Shown: positions 39,001 through 39,941, numbered from the stretch's first letter. The stretch is 64,000 nt of DNA from Candidatus Levyibacteriota bacterium (GCA_052034235.1 JBPOIT010000009.1:8203-72202), one strand, 5' to 3'. The notes: generated by a model from the letters alone, not told the origin. Numbers and translations are program-made.

Positions 39001-39941
39001 CAGTAACACCTGCAGCAAGTGCAAGTGCGACTCCAACTCCAGCATCACAAAGTGCACAGACGAATCCAACACCAAGTGCAGATGATCTCACATCACCTGA
39101 CCTTCTTATTGCAACCAATTCAGCATTGCCGACAGATGCCAACTTCTTCTCAAGTGCAACGATTTCAGGAGAGCTGACAGCATACACAGCAACTGTCCAG
39201 GATACATTCAAATCATTTGGCAAATCATATCTCGGAGATACAACAATTAGTGGTGATGTAATGATTACCGGTCAGACACTTCTTAATAACACAGATGTCG
39301 CAGGGACTCTTAGTGTTGATGATCATATCAATGTTGCGGGAACGCTCACTATCACGGAGAATGCAATCAATGTCTTCGGCGGAACAGATGAATATGGTCA
39401 ACCAACAGGTGGTGTTCTCTATCTCCAGCAATCACCACTTGCTAACTTGCTTGATATCTTCAACGGCAATGTGGTGATCAATAAATCAGGAACAATTGTC
39501 ACCAAAGGTGATGTGAAAGCAAATAACATTGAAACCAAAAAGGATATCAATGTCGGTGGCAACATCAATCTTGAAGGCGGCATCACAATCAGTGCAACAG
39601 CAGGAGCAACGATAAAAGCTGGTGACGCTCTGTACATCTCAGCTGACAAACAAGTCCAAAAAGCTGACTCAAGATATGTCGACCGCGCAGATGTGATCGG
39701 TATTGCAGCAAATGACGCAGACGTCAACGAGCAGGTAAAAGTAATTATTAGCGGCAAAGCCAAAGGGCTCAGAGCACTTGAAGCAGGTGTTAAATATTAT
39801 CTCGGAATAAACGGAGGACTCACACCTGTTATTCCTGCGACTGCACTCAAAGATGTCCCAGTAGGAATCGCATTTTCAGAGACAGAACTGATCATTCAAT
39901 TGGGTTCCGAAAAACTCACCAGCGCCTCAGTAGTAAATTAA
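3..39941 (+). CDS. Giant repetitive surface/fibre protein, 5'-partial (at least 13,312 aa)
   Basis: Frame 3 is open from base 3 (NDVSIITDADSFLNISGL..., itself part of a repeat) to TAA at 39939-39941, so the track's GTG start at 75 is internal. Composition is T/G/A/N/S-rich, with 25 C-x9-C..LQxAY modules, VGIGT-type motifs and non-repetitive C-terminal domains. No C-terminal TM helix, LPxTG or beta-barrel is visible. Confidence 0.95.
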   Translation, partial: NDVSIITDADSFLNISGLTTATGNVVCLDATNNVVRCAAGSISLQAAYNSGNTITTTNARGIDFTLADTATDSKFSVTTATGSTAGVEFIRADGIGADDPTQLVLIDNADADRILPIGLRLSSSGGGGITTAIDVSDATIGTALSFGANDLVGTNFTVIGGTGNITSAGDLALNGGDITTTQTTANVFNGTATTLNVGGSATSLTIGATTGTAAIRNATISLPNATAINAGSAVTTIDSLVLGGGYGTSGLSISNAGTIQANGNLTIDGTSTLTGNITSAGDLALNGGDITTTSLNASLFNANATTINIGSDATAITLGAATGTTTVNNDLAVTGTGTFTDTLTANGDFAANAASTFTPSGTNDVAIITDADSFLNISGLTTPGVAGSTLCVDASDNVTKCGGATFSLQAAYAGGNTITTSDARGIDFTLADTTTDSKFSVTTATGSTGGSEFLRADGAGTDDPAQLVLIQNLDVDRALPIGLKIAGVTGGNVTTALDLSDANITTAIALGANNIIGTQFSLIGSTGNIITSGDIAVNGGDITTTSGTGNIFTSGATTLNIGSAATTYTVGATNATGNIRGTTVNFPNATTVNGTLATANFDTVTSGQGYGNTGVTLSSAGNISANGALVIDGTSTLTGNVTAVADVAVNGGDLTSSQTTFNLLNTGVTTLNIGSAATAISIGAATGATTVNNALNVTGLATFNGGATVPTGETLTADGASNFTPDGTNSVTVNTDGDSFLKLTGLQTITGNLLCLDASDNVSKCSTSSISLQGAYTGGNSITTTSNRDISFTLADSVTDSNFVVTSATGSTGGSQFVRADGAGTSDPTQLVLIQNLDTDRDLPIGMRIAGVTGGNVTTAIDLSDANIVNALDLGANNITGTYFSVDGGTGSITTAGDIAVNGGDVTTTSTTATLFNTGATTLSIGGVATTYTLGATNATGNIRGTTINFPNATTINGTLATANFDTQTVGGGYGSTGVTISNTGNISANGNLIVDGTSTLTGNTTVGGTLGVTGATTLSSTLAVTGDTTLTGDLAVNGGDLTTTAATFNLINGNATTVNFAGAATSLIMGAPTGTAQIRNDVVSLPNATAFDALAALARVDGLQVGGGYGATGATITNTGNISANGALVIDGTSTLTGNVTAASDVAINGGDLTTTQTTFNLLDSVATTVNFAGAATTLEIGSGTGRTTLDNNLTANLVDNNVDALDIQEGLNNYININTSDNAENISFGNGTTNPTYNFVGTGLTTFASDIAVNGGDITTTSGTGNIFTSGATTLNIGSAATTYTLGATNATGNIRGTTINFPNATTINGTLSTANFDTVTSGQGYGNTGVTLSNTGNISANGALIVDGTSTLTGNVTAGADVAVNGGDLTTTAGTFNLLTANATAINFGSAATALSIGAGTGTTTVNNALTATGLITANGGATVATGQTFTANGASTFNPDSNNDVTINTDADSFLTVTGLQTATGTLVCLDGSDNIAKCSTSSISLQSAYTGGNTIATTDNRDIAFTLADTATDSNFIVTTATDSTGGSQFLRADGAGTSDPTQLVLIQNLDSDNALPIGLKIAGIAGGNITTALDLSDTNITTAIALGANSISGTNFSLNGTNGNVTTGGDVAVNGGDLTTTSGTFNLVNSGATTLNIGGVATTYTLGATNATGNIRGTTVNFPNATTINGTLATANFDTITSGQGYGTAGVTLSNAGDISANGALIVDGTSTLTGDVTAAADVAVNGGDLTTSATTFNLLNTTATTLNIGGDATTVSIGDATGTTTVNNALTATGLITANAGATVSTGQTFTANGQSTFTPNLTNDINITTDADSFLNIAGLTTATGNTVCIDATNNIVKCSAASITLQSAYDGGNTITTTDGRSIGFTLADTTTDANFSVTTAPGGEGYSYFGLTDGTNTTSPAQLVLVENLDTDEALATGIRIQSAAGGITTALDVSDIEIGTALLFGANDITGTNFSVTGTNGNVGTAGTITAAGNINANSGTLATTQTTGNLFNATVTTLNIGGAATTYTLGATNATGNIRGTTINFPNATAINGTSATANFDTITAGQGYGTAGVTLSNAGDISANGALIIDGTSTLTGNVTAATDVAINGGDLTTSATTFNLLNATATTINFGSAATALSIGAGTGTTNINNDLLIDGTTTSTGLATFNGGATVATGQTFLANGISTFSPDSTNDVTINTDADSRLVLTGLQTAAGNALCIDATNNVTLCNGAPFGLQAAYNTGNTITTTDARGIDFTLANTSTDANFSVTTAPGSTGYSYFALADGANATTPSQLVLVENLDTNQALPTGIRIQSAAGGITTALDVSDAEIGTAISFGANDLSGTYFSVAGGTGDVTSAGDAAFNGGDITTTSTNASLFDTNATTLSIGGAATTLTLGGNGGTATINNTTVALANATAFDALTALARVDGLQVGGGYGSTGVTITNTGNISANGNLIVDGTSTLTGNVTAGADVAVNGGDITTTSTNASLFDTNATTLNIGGAATAIAVGAGTGTTTLNNNLTVNLVDNNANALDIQENGNNYININTTDNAENISFGNGATNPTYNFVGAGLASFASDIAVNGGDILTSAATATVFNTNATNLSIGGAATTLTLGATTGTATIRNATVALPNALVGIGTASPISALQVTRPLSLGATGKALAIFDQNENQDILTASAAGVTRFTVSNAGNITNSGTITAGGDITTAGDLAVNGGDITTTAGTFNLVNTGATALNIGGDATAVSIGDTTGTTTINNATVNFANATSFTAPTAVATLDSLQIGGGYGSSGTTLTNTGNISANGALIIDGTSTLTGNVTTAGDIAVNGGDITTTQTTAALFNTNATTISIGSVATTISIGAGTGTTTINNNLGVTGTSTFTGLGTFNGGATVATGQTFTADGISTFTPDNTNDVTINTDADSFLVLSGLTTPVAAGTALCIDSSDNVTKCSGNTVTLQTAYTGGNTITTTDARGIDFTLANTTTDSNFSVTTADDATGFSAFTRVNGTGTNNPAQLILVDNLDTDQAIAAGIKIQSAGGGITNGLDVSDAQIVNAIALGDNNITGTYFSVDGGTGSITSAGDIAVNGGDVTTSATTGNLFNAGATIVNVGGAATTVAIGAATGTTTIYNQTLALPNATAINAGSAVTTIDSLVLGGGYGTSGLSISNAGTIQANGNLTIDGTSTLTGDVSTAGDLAVNGGDITTTAGIVNLVNANATTINFGSAATALSIGAATGTTNINNNLLVDGTTTSTGLATFNGGATVSTGQTFLADGISTFSPDSTNDVTINTDSDSFLVLTGLTTPVAAGTQLCVDATNNVTKCSGNTVTLQSAYTGGNTITTTDDRTISFTLADTAIDSNFSVQTAAGSTGYNYFSLQNGTNTTSPAQLVLVENLDVNEALATGIRIQSAAGGITTALDLSDADIVTALLLGLNDVTATNYSIAGATGNITTAGNVAVNGGAITTTAGTATIFNTGATDLSIGGDATTLSIGDATGTATINNATVALSNATAFDALTALARVDSLQVGGGYGAAGVTISNAGTIQANGNLTIDGTSTLTGDVTAAGDVAVNGGDITTSATTFNLATATATTLNIGSAGTTISIGANTGTTTINNDVVVDGTGTFSGLGTFNGGATVANGQSFTAGGQSTFTPTGTTDVVINTDADSLLTVTGLPTLTGTAVCIDGSNTIAKCSADSITLQSAYNGGNTITTTDARDISFTLADTTTDSKFAVTTATGSTGGVEFTRADGAGTADPSQLVLIQNLDTNRALPVGLKIAGVSGGNLTTALDLSDANITTAIALGTNNVVGTNFSITGSNGNIGTAGTVTAAGNINANSGTLATTETTGNLFNATVTTLNIGGAATTVEIGAATGTTSINNLTVALDNATAFDALSALARVDGLQVGGGYGAAGVTVSNTGNISANGALIVDGTSTLTGDVTAAGDLAVNGGDLTTSATTFNLLNATATTVNFAGAATTLSIGAATGTSNINNNLLVDGTTTSTGLATFNGGATVATGQTFTANGQSTFAPDSTNDINLTTDTDSFLNIAGLTTATGNAVCVDGSNNIVICSAASITLQSAYNGGNTITTADNKSISFTLADTSTDSNFSVTTADGSTGYSSFTRADGTGTSDPAQLILIDNLDTNRAVAAGIKVQAAGGGITNGIDLSDDEIVNALSLGANDITATNFSITGSNGNFGTTGTITATGNITSSADVAVNGGDLTTSAGTFNLVNSGATILNIGGDATTVAIGAATGTTTINNLTLALPNATAITAASALLTIDSLSVGNGYGSTGVTISNTGNVQANGNLTIDGTSTLTGDVTTAGNVAVNGGTISTTQTTANLFNANATTVNIGGAATTNFAGGYGATGVTLSSAGDISANGSLIIDGTSTLTGNVTTAGDLAVNGGDITSTAGTLNINAGGIVAIDDALTVTGTISDSNSNLILDDTVDIGGANGIRIDTTGDISDIDGEVTISDNTTINGTLTVTGAISDSNSNLSLNDNTDVTGDFTVSGRTTLGSATQGDGTLNVTGAQAGKALVILNETGDQNILTASASGTTVLNVMRNGNLQIEGSLSDLSDATLNINDSLDVAGNFTLTGTISDTNSNLILDDTVDIGGANGIRIDTTGQISDIDGIVAIVDNTTIDGTLTVTGAISDSNSNLSLNDNTDVTGTFTASGQTTIGTAVQGDGLFNVTGAQTGKALAIFNETGDQNILTASASGTTVFNLGRTGNVAIEGSLSDLSDAALTINDSLSVTGDATVTGITTLNGALIANSTANFQDVTGITVGVDAATNTKGVIKLIGEGSNNYSTTFQTGIQTQDVTYTLPLDDGSTNYVLSTDGNGVLSWQSASGVGAGTINAVGNVVTGSAFTGSDSSANKGNELYFEGSTSTDDGNEILLTAVNPSADRTYTMPDLGTNGTFAFLEGTQTFTGLKTFAPAADNVGLTVTSSTTDDGEGFRLNFTQSDDTNANDTGSALSIALTSSSGDADSLYGVNLEDISAGAANEVGLRIGAGYDYGIEFEGSSANNNELFLTAANATADRTITLPDLTGTVALLENAQSFTGLKSFTNASGIIVGEDLATNTKGVITLIGEGANNFSTTFQTTTQSQNITYTLPADDGVNNYVLSTDGSGNLSWQSASGVGAGTITAVGNVLTGTSFTGSDSSVQKGNELYFEGSTSTDDAYEILLTAVNPSADRIYTMPDLGTDGTFAFLEGTQTFSGAKTFNDLTIADTNVVLSGGDSTLDITGAATRTLSLLNSTGGQVANLDLTDGGLFTGSTSRLTNAGGLENITGYSQTSGNFQQTGAGTFSTGTGNVSLNGDTSVTSDNTFTVGTGLTSLGGQLGVSSYATFSATVDIADDTTIGGTLDVAGATTLNSTLDVDGTATFNGDILQTGSGALTTGTGAVTLNGDTTLVSGKTLTTTGSLAANGQSTFTPTGTNDVSFVTDTDSFINITGLTTATGTAVCIDATNNIVKCSAASSTLQGAYVGGNTITTSDARDITFTLANTATDSNFTVTTAAGGAGYSYFGLADGTNTAPPAQLVLVENLDTDEALPAGIKIQSASGGITNGLDVSDAQIVNAIALGENNITGTYFSVDGGTGNVTAAGSASIGGGYGSTGVTISSAGNIQANGTLTIDGTSTLTGDVTASGDLAVNGGDITTSSGTAAIFNTGATSLSIGGAATTLSLGAGTGTTTVNNALTATGLITANAGATIPTGQSLTANGASTFSPNLTNDVTINTDTDSFLTITGLTTPGLAGNALCVDATNNVTKCAASTFTLQGAYDGGNSLTTTDARNISFTLADTSTDSNFAITTADGSTGYTSFTRANGAGTADPAQLILVDNLDTDRSITAGIKIQSAAGTITNGIDLSDIEIVNALSLGANDIIASNFTLNGNNGDITTAGDIAVNGGTITTTQATAEIFNTNATNLSIGGAATTLSLGAATGTATINNATVNFANATSFTAAGAAATFDSVAVGGGYGSTGATISNTGNISANGVLIVDGTSTLTGDVTTAGDIAVNGGDITTSAGTAALFNTGASTVNIGGDATTVSIGDATGTTTVNNALTATGLITANAGATVATGQTFTANGQSTFTPNLTNDISITTDTDSFLNVAGLTTATGNALCIDATDNIVKCSAASITLQSAYTGGNTITTTDARGIDFTLANTATDSNFSITTADDSTGFSAFTRVNGTGTNNPAQLILVDNLDTDQAIAAGIKIQSAAGGITNGIDLSDIDIVNALSLGANDVIASNFSITGSNGNIGTGGTITATGDINANSGTLATTQTTANLFNATATTLNIGGAATTLTLGAATGTATINNATINFPNATSFTAPNAAATFDSVAIGGGYGTAGATISNAGTIQANGNLTIDGTSTLTGDVTTGGTINANGGTIATTQTTANLLNATATTVNFAGAATTLSIGAATGTSNINNNLLVDGTTTSTGLATFNGGATVATGQTFSAGGQSTFTPDSTNDINITTDADSFLNIAGLTTATGNTVCIDATNNIVKCSAASITLQSAYNGGNTITTTDNKSISFTLANTATDSNFSVQTAAGGAGYSYFGLVDGTNTAPPAQLVLIENLDTDEALDTGLRIQAAAGGINTAIDLSDADIDTALLLGANDVTGSNFSITGSNGNIGTGGTITATGDITSGGNLAANTGSLTTTATSANLFNTNATTLAIGGAATTLTLGATTGTATISNATINFPNATSFTAPNAAATFDSVAIGGGYGAAGATISNSGTIQANGNLTIDGTSTLTGNVTTAGDVAVNGGDVTTTQTIAALFNTNATTLNIGGVATTISIGAGSGTTTVNNALTATGLITANAGATVANGQTFTAGGQSTFTPTGTNDVSITTDADSFLNVAGLTTAAGDNICIDATNNIVKCATASVTLQEAYDGGNTITTTDARSIDFTLANTATDSNFSVQTAAGSTGYNYFSLANGTNTTSPAQLVLIENLDTDEALDTGIRIQAAAGGINTAIDLSDADIDTALLLGANDVTGASFSITGANGNIGTGGTITAAGDINANSGTLATTQTTANLFNTNATTLNVGGAATSVVLGATTGTATINNATVNFANATSFTAPTAAATLDSLQIGGGYGSSGTTLTNTGNISANGALVIDGTSTLTGNVTTAGDVAVNGGDVTTTFATGNLFNTNATTVNVGGAATAYTIGAPTATGNIRGTTINFTNATTIDANLAAASIDSATIGGGYGTSGVSISNAGTIQANGNLTVDGTSTLTGDVTTAGDVAVNGGDLTSSAGTFNLVNTGTTTLNIGGDATTVSIGDATGTTTVNNALTATGLITANAGATVATGQTFTANGASTFSPNLTNDVTINTDADSFLVLTGLQTAAGDTVCIDATNNIVKCATAAGTLQSAYNSGNTITTTDARDLTFSLANTSTDSNFTITTAAGSTGYTYFGLADGTNTTPPAQLVLVENLDTDEALPAGIKVRSASGTITNGIDLSDDEIVNALTLGANDVTATNFSITGTNGNIGTGGTITAAGNINANSGTLATTQTTGNLFNATVTTLNIGGAATTYTLGATNATGNIRGTTINFPNATAINGTSATANFDTITSGQGYGTAGVTLSNAGDISANGALIIDGTSTLTGNVTAATDVAINGGDLTTSSTTFNLLNATATTINFGSAATALSIGAGTGTTNINNNLLVDGTTTSTGLATFNGGATVATGQTFTANGQSTFTPNLTNDINITTDADSFLNVAGLTTAAGDNICIDATNNIVICATAAVTLQGAYDGGNTISTTDARNISFTLEDTATDSNFSVQTAAGGAGYSYFGLADGTNTTPPAQLVLVENLDTNEAVPAGIKIQSAAGGITTALDVSDAEIGTALLFGENNITGTYFSVTGSNGNVGTAGTITAAGNINANSGTLATTQTTANLFNATATTLNIGGAATTLNLGANSGTATINNATINFPTATSFTAPNAAATFDSVAIGGGYGSTGVTISTAGNIQANGTLTVDGVSTLTGNVTASADLAVNGGDLTSSQTTFNLLNSGVTTLNIGNDATTVSIGETTGTTTVNNDLAVTGAGTFTGTLTANGDFAANSASAFTPSGTNDVTITSDADSFLVLPGLTTPGTAGSTLCVDATNNVTKCSANTITLQSAYTGGNTITTTNNRDISFTLANTATDSNFAVTTADDSTGYAAFTRVNGTGTNNPAQLILVDNLDTDQAIAAGIKIQSAAGTITNGIDLSDIDIVNALSLGANDIIATNFTLDGTTGTITTAGDLALNGSDITTTSTGIASVFNTNATTLNVGGAATALNLGAATGTATINNATINFPTATSFTAPNAAATFSSVAIGGGYGSTGVTISTAGNIQANGTLTVDGVSTLTGNVTAAADLAVNGGDLTTNQTTFNLIDAGATTVNFAGAATTLAIGAGTGTTTLDNNLTANLVDNNADALDIQENGYNYININTTDGSEEVAFGNGTTNPIYSFLGNGATSFAGNVAVNGGTLSTSQSSANLFNTNATTLSVGGAATTLNLGATTGTANIRNVTINFANATSFTAPNAAATFDSVAIGGGYGSTGVTISNAGNIQANGTLTVDGVSTLTGNVTAAADVAINGGDLTSSQTTFNLLNSGVTTLNIGSDATVLSLGDATGTTTVNNALTVTGAATFNGGATVPASQTFSANGVSTFAPNLTNDVTFTTDSDSTIILNGLGTTTGTPLCLDATNNVVQCANASLSLQNAYVGGNTITTTDARNISFTLADTATDSNFSVQTAAGGAGYSYFGLVDGTNTAPPAQLVLIENLDTDEALDTGLRIQADAGGINTAIDLSDTDIDTALLLGANDVTGSNFSITGTNGNIGTGGTITATGNINANSGTIATSQSTGNLFNTTATTLNIGGAATTYTLGATNATGNIRGTTINFPNATTINGTLATANFDIITSGQGFGNSGVTLASNGNISGDGDLTIGGAAAITGTATVTGDVAVNGGDLTTTATTFNLLNSTATTVNFAGAATTLAIGAGTGTTNINNDLLIDGTTTSTGLATFNGGATVSNGQTFNANGASNFAPTLTNDITFTTDTDSTVILNGLGTTTGTPLCLDATNNVVQCANATLSLQNAYAGGNTITTTDARNIGFTLANTTTDSNFTVTTAAGSEGYSYFGLADGTNTAPPAQLVLVENLDTDEALPAGIKIQSAAGGITNGIDLSDPEILNALSLGLNDVTANNFSITGSNGNIGTGGTITATGNITTAGDVAANGGDVTTTTSTGNLFNTNATTVNIGGVATALTLGANTGSATIRNETVTFSNATTFDATSATANFNIVTAGQGYGNTGVTLGNTGNIQANGTLTIDSTSTLTGNVTAAADVAINGGDLTSSQTTFNLLNSGVTTLNVGGVATALNFGAATGTTTINNLTLALPNATAINATAATANLDIVNVGGGYGSAGVTLGNTGNIQANGNLTIDGTSTLTGDVTAAADVAINGGDLTSSQTTFNLLNSGVTTLNVGGAATTLSLGAGTGTTTLNNNLTANLMDDSADALDIQEASHNYINVNTTNNFEEIQFGNTVTNPIYSFLGSGASTFSGNINANSGTIATNQTIANLFNTTATTLSIGGAATNLTMGANNSGTTTIRNSTLALPNARVGIGTSTPISMLHVTRPLSLGAIGKATAIFDQYESQDILTASAAGTTRFTVSNAGNITNSGTITAGGDITTTGDVAVNGGDLTTTAGTAALFNTGATTVNIGGAATTVNIGNAAGTTFVNGGLTVANGETFTAGGQSTFTPTGTNGVTITTDADSFLTVNGLASATGTAVCIDATNHIITCDDASQSLQSAYDNGNSITTTNNRDIDFTLANTGTDSLFSVSTADDSTGYSVFSRTNGAGTNDPTQLVLIDNEDADRALPVGLKISSTGGGGITTGIDLSDATIDDAIILGANDVVGSSFTIDGSNGNITTTGVIAANGGSITTNQTTANVFNTNATSLSIGGAATTLNLGATTGTAAIRNATISFPNATTVSAANATGNFSALTTGGGYASTGTTISSTGDIQTKGALTVDGISTLTGNVTASADLAVNGGDLTTTSGTAALFNTGATTLNIGGAATTVSIGNAAGTTTVNGGLTVANGETFTAGGQSTFTPTGTNGIAITTDADSFLTIDGLAAVTGGTLCVNTSDQVGTCSAASFSLQAAYDAGNNITTTDAKPIDFVLANTTTDSNFSVTTADGSIGHSVFARANGVGTSDPAQLILVDNLDTNRAVAAGIKVQAASGGITNGIDLSDAEILNALSLGDNDIISTNFTLTGSNGNLTTTGAIAANGGTISTDDTTFTLVDANATTVNFAGAATTLNIGAGSGTATINNQTISLPNATALSASGATVTIDAATIGGGYGSAGVSITNAGNISANGALIVDGTSTLTGNVSTNGDIAVNGGDVTTTFATGNLFNSGATTLNIGGAATTVSLGNAGGTTTINGNLTLGADKTLTTTGAVSLTPSGTLDVAITTDSDSFLNISGLTTTTGAQPTLCVDATNNVVKCDLTANASLQAAYDNGNSIATTNNRNIDFTLTNDVTDSNFLITTADGSTGKTIFARANGAGTTDPSQLVLINNADANRPLPVGLAITSSGGGGVTTGIDLSDASIDDALVLGANDVVGSSFTIDGSNGNIQTSGTAAINSGTISTTSSTGSLFDTNATTITLGSAATTYTIGATNATGNIRGTTINFPNATTINGTAAALNVLSSAIGGGYGTAGTTLSAAGDISANGALIVDGTSTLTGAVTASNGVTINGASTSDLIAAKTTANLFNTVATTLNIGGAATTINIGNAAGTTTVNGGLTVANGETFTAGGQSNFTPTGTDGITITTDADSFLTLNGLASDPGTAICIDATNHVITCDNTSQNLQAAYDAGNNITTTDARSIDFVLDDTTTDSNFSVTTADGATGYSVFSRENGTGTADPAQLILVDNADANRPITTGIKVTSSGGGGFGTGIDVSDASITTGIALGENDLSATNFSIVGSTGNFSTNGDLEVKGNDITTTTAGVAAVFNTNATTINIGGAATTYTLGATNATGNIRGTTINLPNATTLSATSATANFDIVTSGGGYSNSGVTLSTAGDISANGALIVDGTSTLTGNVTASADVAVNGGDLTTTAGTASIFNASATTINLGAGATTGINIGNAAGTTTVNSALTVAAARTFTAGGQSTFNPDSTNDVTMNLDADSFLTLVGLQSAAGSGLCINATNQVVACNDASEGLQAAYDNGNSITTTTARDIVFNLDDTATDSKFAINTLSGAAGGVEISRADGTGTTDPTQLVLIQNQDTNRALPIALRITGVAGGAVTTALDVSNADIVTAIALGANDITGSVFNVTGSNGNVTAGNVAVNGGDLTTTAGTFNLVNTGATTLNVGGAATTYTLGATNATGNIRGTTINFPNATSIVGSAATASFAQLNTGGGYGSTGTTIEGNGTIKTKGNLTVDGTSLLSGIATASAGLVIDGVTQSSLIAVKSTANLFNTVATTLNIGGAATTVSLGATGGTTTVNGALTVASAQAFQALGNATLGNGDDTIALNGTTITLTANGAGNDITANLVDDNTDALDIQQGTNNYININTSNGTEEIQFGNVSTNPDYTFLGTSAMTVGGDLIVNGGDLYATSGTTVNLFNTAQTDNLNIGTDANATVSIGGASTLTTINGGLTVSSTTLNTNIGSPLVNLSGNNAVIDMSGTGTLGINTTTDRAVNFGAGAFSIESATVTLTGTNPAIAASGANNLQINGGASGLVQINNTSTGNVEIAGGSGATGCTINNSTGALTCSGNITSSGSSGSVTVGYFSKDFATGVISNATASDTLAVSTTSVTQPALALTNSSTAGAASGTTYMLDILRSGANANATHTAYGVRSRVTNTGSGETNIAGYFSASGDGTGAYYAGIFDAGNVGVGTTAPNDKLVLGAGNNFGINVGAPTTLSLTPNVGGGTFAAGTYYYKVTALDAAGNETTNSTESSATVALNGTINVDWAAVSGATSYRIYRGTSSNNQTVYFTSTSDVYLDTGTAGTAGTPPSTGFNNAYAIKLLNTGSAYIGGNLGIGDGSPAAPLTVGSGDLFQVASTGNITFNYTSPIINFANTGSLTLRDGTNNLFTFADTSSTATTFNVGVNGTTNGQITFGSVAGGTQSSIVSESDGDLWIQSGTATTIVGRGTGDVLIQPPSGNQTTVNLQGSGSNFRVQNAGATFFNLSNLGATTWTQPSAQSVTLDAVTNASTLNSLTAGVFDINVGSGVSSNVGFTLDYTGNNGAAASSKMYGQRINLIQNDADSQLLGLTIGLSSAVTKSGANIVDCLLCLSNAVAQTASISDAIRITSTGATAGSITNGININTTDVTTDIVLQNGETIDNNTNGVVTIGGADLTLSSVTGDLIFGNGESINNDTNGRITVAGADLALSSTTGDVIFGNAESIDNDTNGVININGALQIDATTDDNERLCHSGADGATQTNILIRDCTVSGQDFAEWSIVASSSAEPGDVVYVVGNDLTDNTLTLKDITTNAYQNNASGIISTNPFIDILGDEQYKGKAGAKPIALSGRVPVKVSTINGNIAVGDPLVASAIPGVAMKATQKGMIIGFAEEAFDGTVRVSAQVLKQEEIFNSDLDDRQAYNSNPANWDSSVGKIMTTINPFFYDPTNIGPSYNGLGNWIHNGNFDILGDLTASAAAFGNNSELTIDGTGNLTTTGAVQTPLLDLLSGTIEGLGGNVISKLAADYTGLDANKFVFKNAVNADLFSIDSTGNATLSGTLTTNGGNYDLAEDYATKDKSLQEGDVVSVDVLYDEHVQKSAGAYDTTIVGVYSEKPGFRLSQTGSTINGGRAVPIALAGRVPVKVNTENGPIKKGDYLTSSSTPGVAMKATKPGQVLGKALADFSGTGVGKVVTFINVTFADPQNKLAILTDEAAAPSELSAANVTLPANLTIDGQVVNGSLADALTVISENLSAKSVSINALQADLFTKTAKDVEQDTKLAELSDKQASDAASLENQASLLGDKVASNEAIIANLSKQIEDINNASSSADVTALEARLNALIAQLTVTPAASASATPTPASQSAQTNPTPSADDLTSPDLLIATNSALPTDANFFSSATISGELTAYTATVQDTFKSFGKSYLGDTTISGDVMITGQTLLNNTDVAGTLSVDDHINVAGTLTITENAINVFGGTDEYGQPTGGVLYLQQSPLANLLDIFNGNVVINKSGTIVTKGDVKANNIETKKDINVGGNINLEGGITISATAGATIKAGDALYISADKQVQKADSRYVDRADVIGIAANDADVNEQVKVIISGKAKGLRALEAGVKYYLGINGGLTPVIPATALKDVPVGIAFSETELIIQLGSEKLTSASVVN
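13260..14243 (+). repeat. Tandem 492-nt (164-aa) Asp-rich duplication inside the giant ORF
   Basis: aattcaaacc at 13281 and 13773. Both copies read ISD(S/T)NSNLILDDTVDIGGANGIRIDTTG...GKAL...NETGDQNILTASASGTT...IEGSLSDLSDA. Confidence 0.9.
14310..15637 (+). repeat. Two ~150-aa copies at 867-nt spacing with tail-fibre-like motifs
   Basis: TNTKGVI begins at 14337 and 15204. Both copies contain YTLPxDDGxxNYVLSTDGxGxLSW and LYFEGSTSTDD..EILLTAVNPSADRxYTMPD. A third FEG...ADRTITLPD motif lies between them. Confidence 0.9.
35664..35936 (+). other. Fibronectin type III / Ig-like domain of the giant protein
   Basis: GAPTTLSL...GTYYYKVTALDAAGNE...INVDWAAVSGATSYRIYRG...YLDTG shows the YxYxVTA and W..V.GA..Y.IYR patterns of FN3-like beta-sandwiches. 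Confidence 0.7.
36936..37180 (+). repeat. Three 96-nt (32-aa) tandem repeats
   Basis: NGETIDNNTNG, NGESINNDTNG and NAESIDNDTNG start at 36936, 37032 and 37128. Confidence 0.88.
37284..37810 (+). other. Autocleavage/intramolecular-chaperone-like domain 1 (peptidase G2 IMC-like)
   Basis: QDFAEW...GDVV...GIISTNP...PIALSGRVPVKVSTINGNIAVGDPLVASAIPGVAMKA...IIGFAEE. Assigned by motif recall only. Confidence 0.6.
38160..38570 (+). other. Autocleavage/intramolecular-chaperone-like domain 2 (peptidase G2 IMC-like)
   Basis: YDLAEDY...GDVVSVD...VQKS..AYD..IVGVYSEKPG...PIALAGRVPVKVNTENGPIKKGDYLTSSSTPGVAMKA...VLGKAL. Clearly paralogous to domain 1. Confidence 0.65.
39591..39905 (+). other. C-terminal DUF2190/capsid-cement-like domain of the giant protein
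   Basis: ATAGATIKAGDALYI...VQKAD...VIGIAANDA...VKVIISG...LEAGVKYYL...GGLT...VGIAFSETELII resembles small trimeric beta domains of phage cement/fibre proteins. Confidence 0.5.

Noticed and set aside
73-39763. More than 150 short ORFs on the minus strand and in other plus frames within the giant gene
   Set aside because: Shadow ORFs caused by the repetitive, codon-biased giant ORF. They recur with the repeat period and show no independent protein motifs.
3-39941. Prophage or tailocin interpretation of the fibre-like gene
   Set aside because: No capsid, terminase, portal, baseplate, sheath or integrase gene in the window, and the downstream genes are cellular. The upstream side cannot be seen.
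3-39941. Autotransporter, RTX/T1SS or sortase-anchored adhesin
   Set aside because: No C-terminal beta-barrel, GGxGxD nonapeptide run or LPxTG-TM-basic tail.
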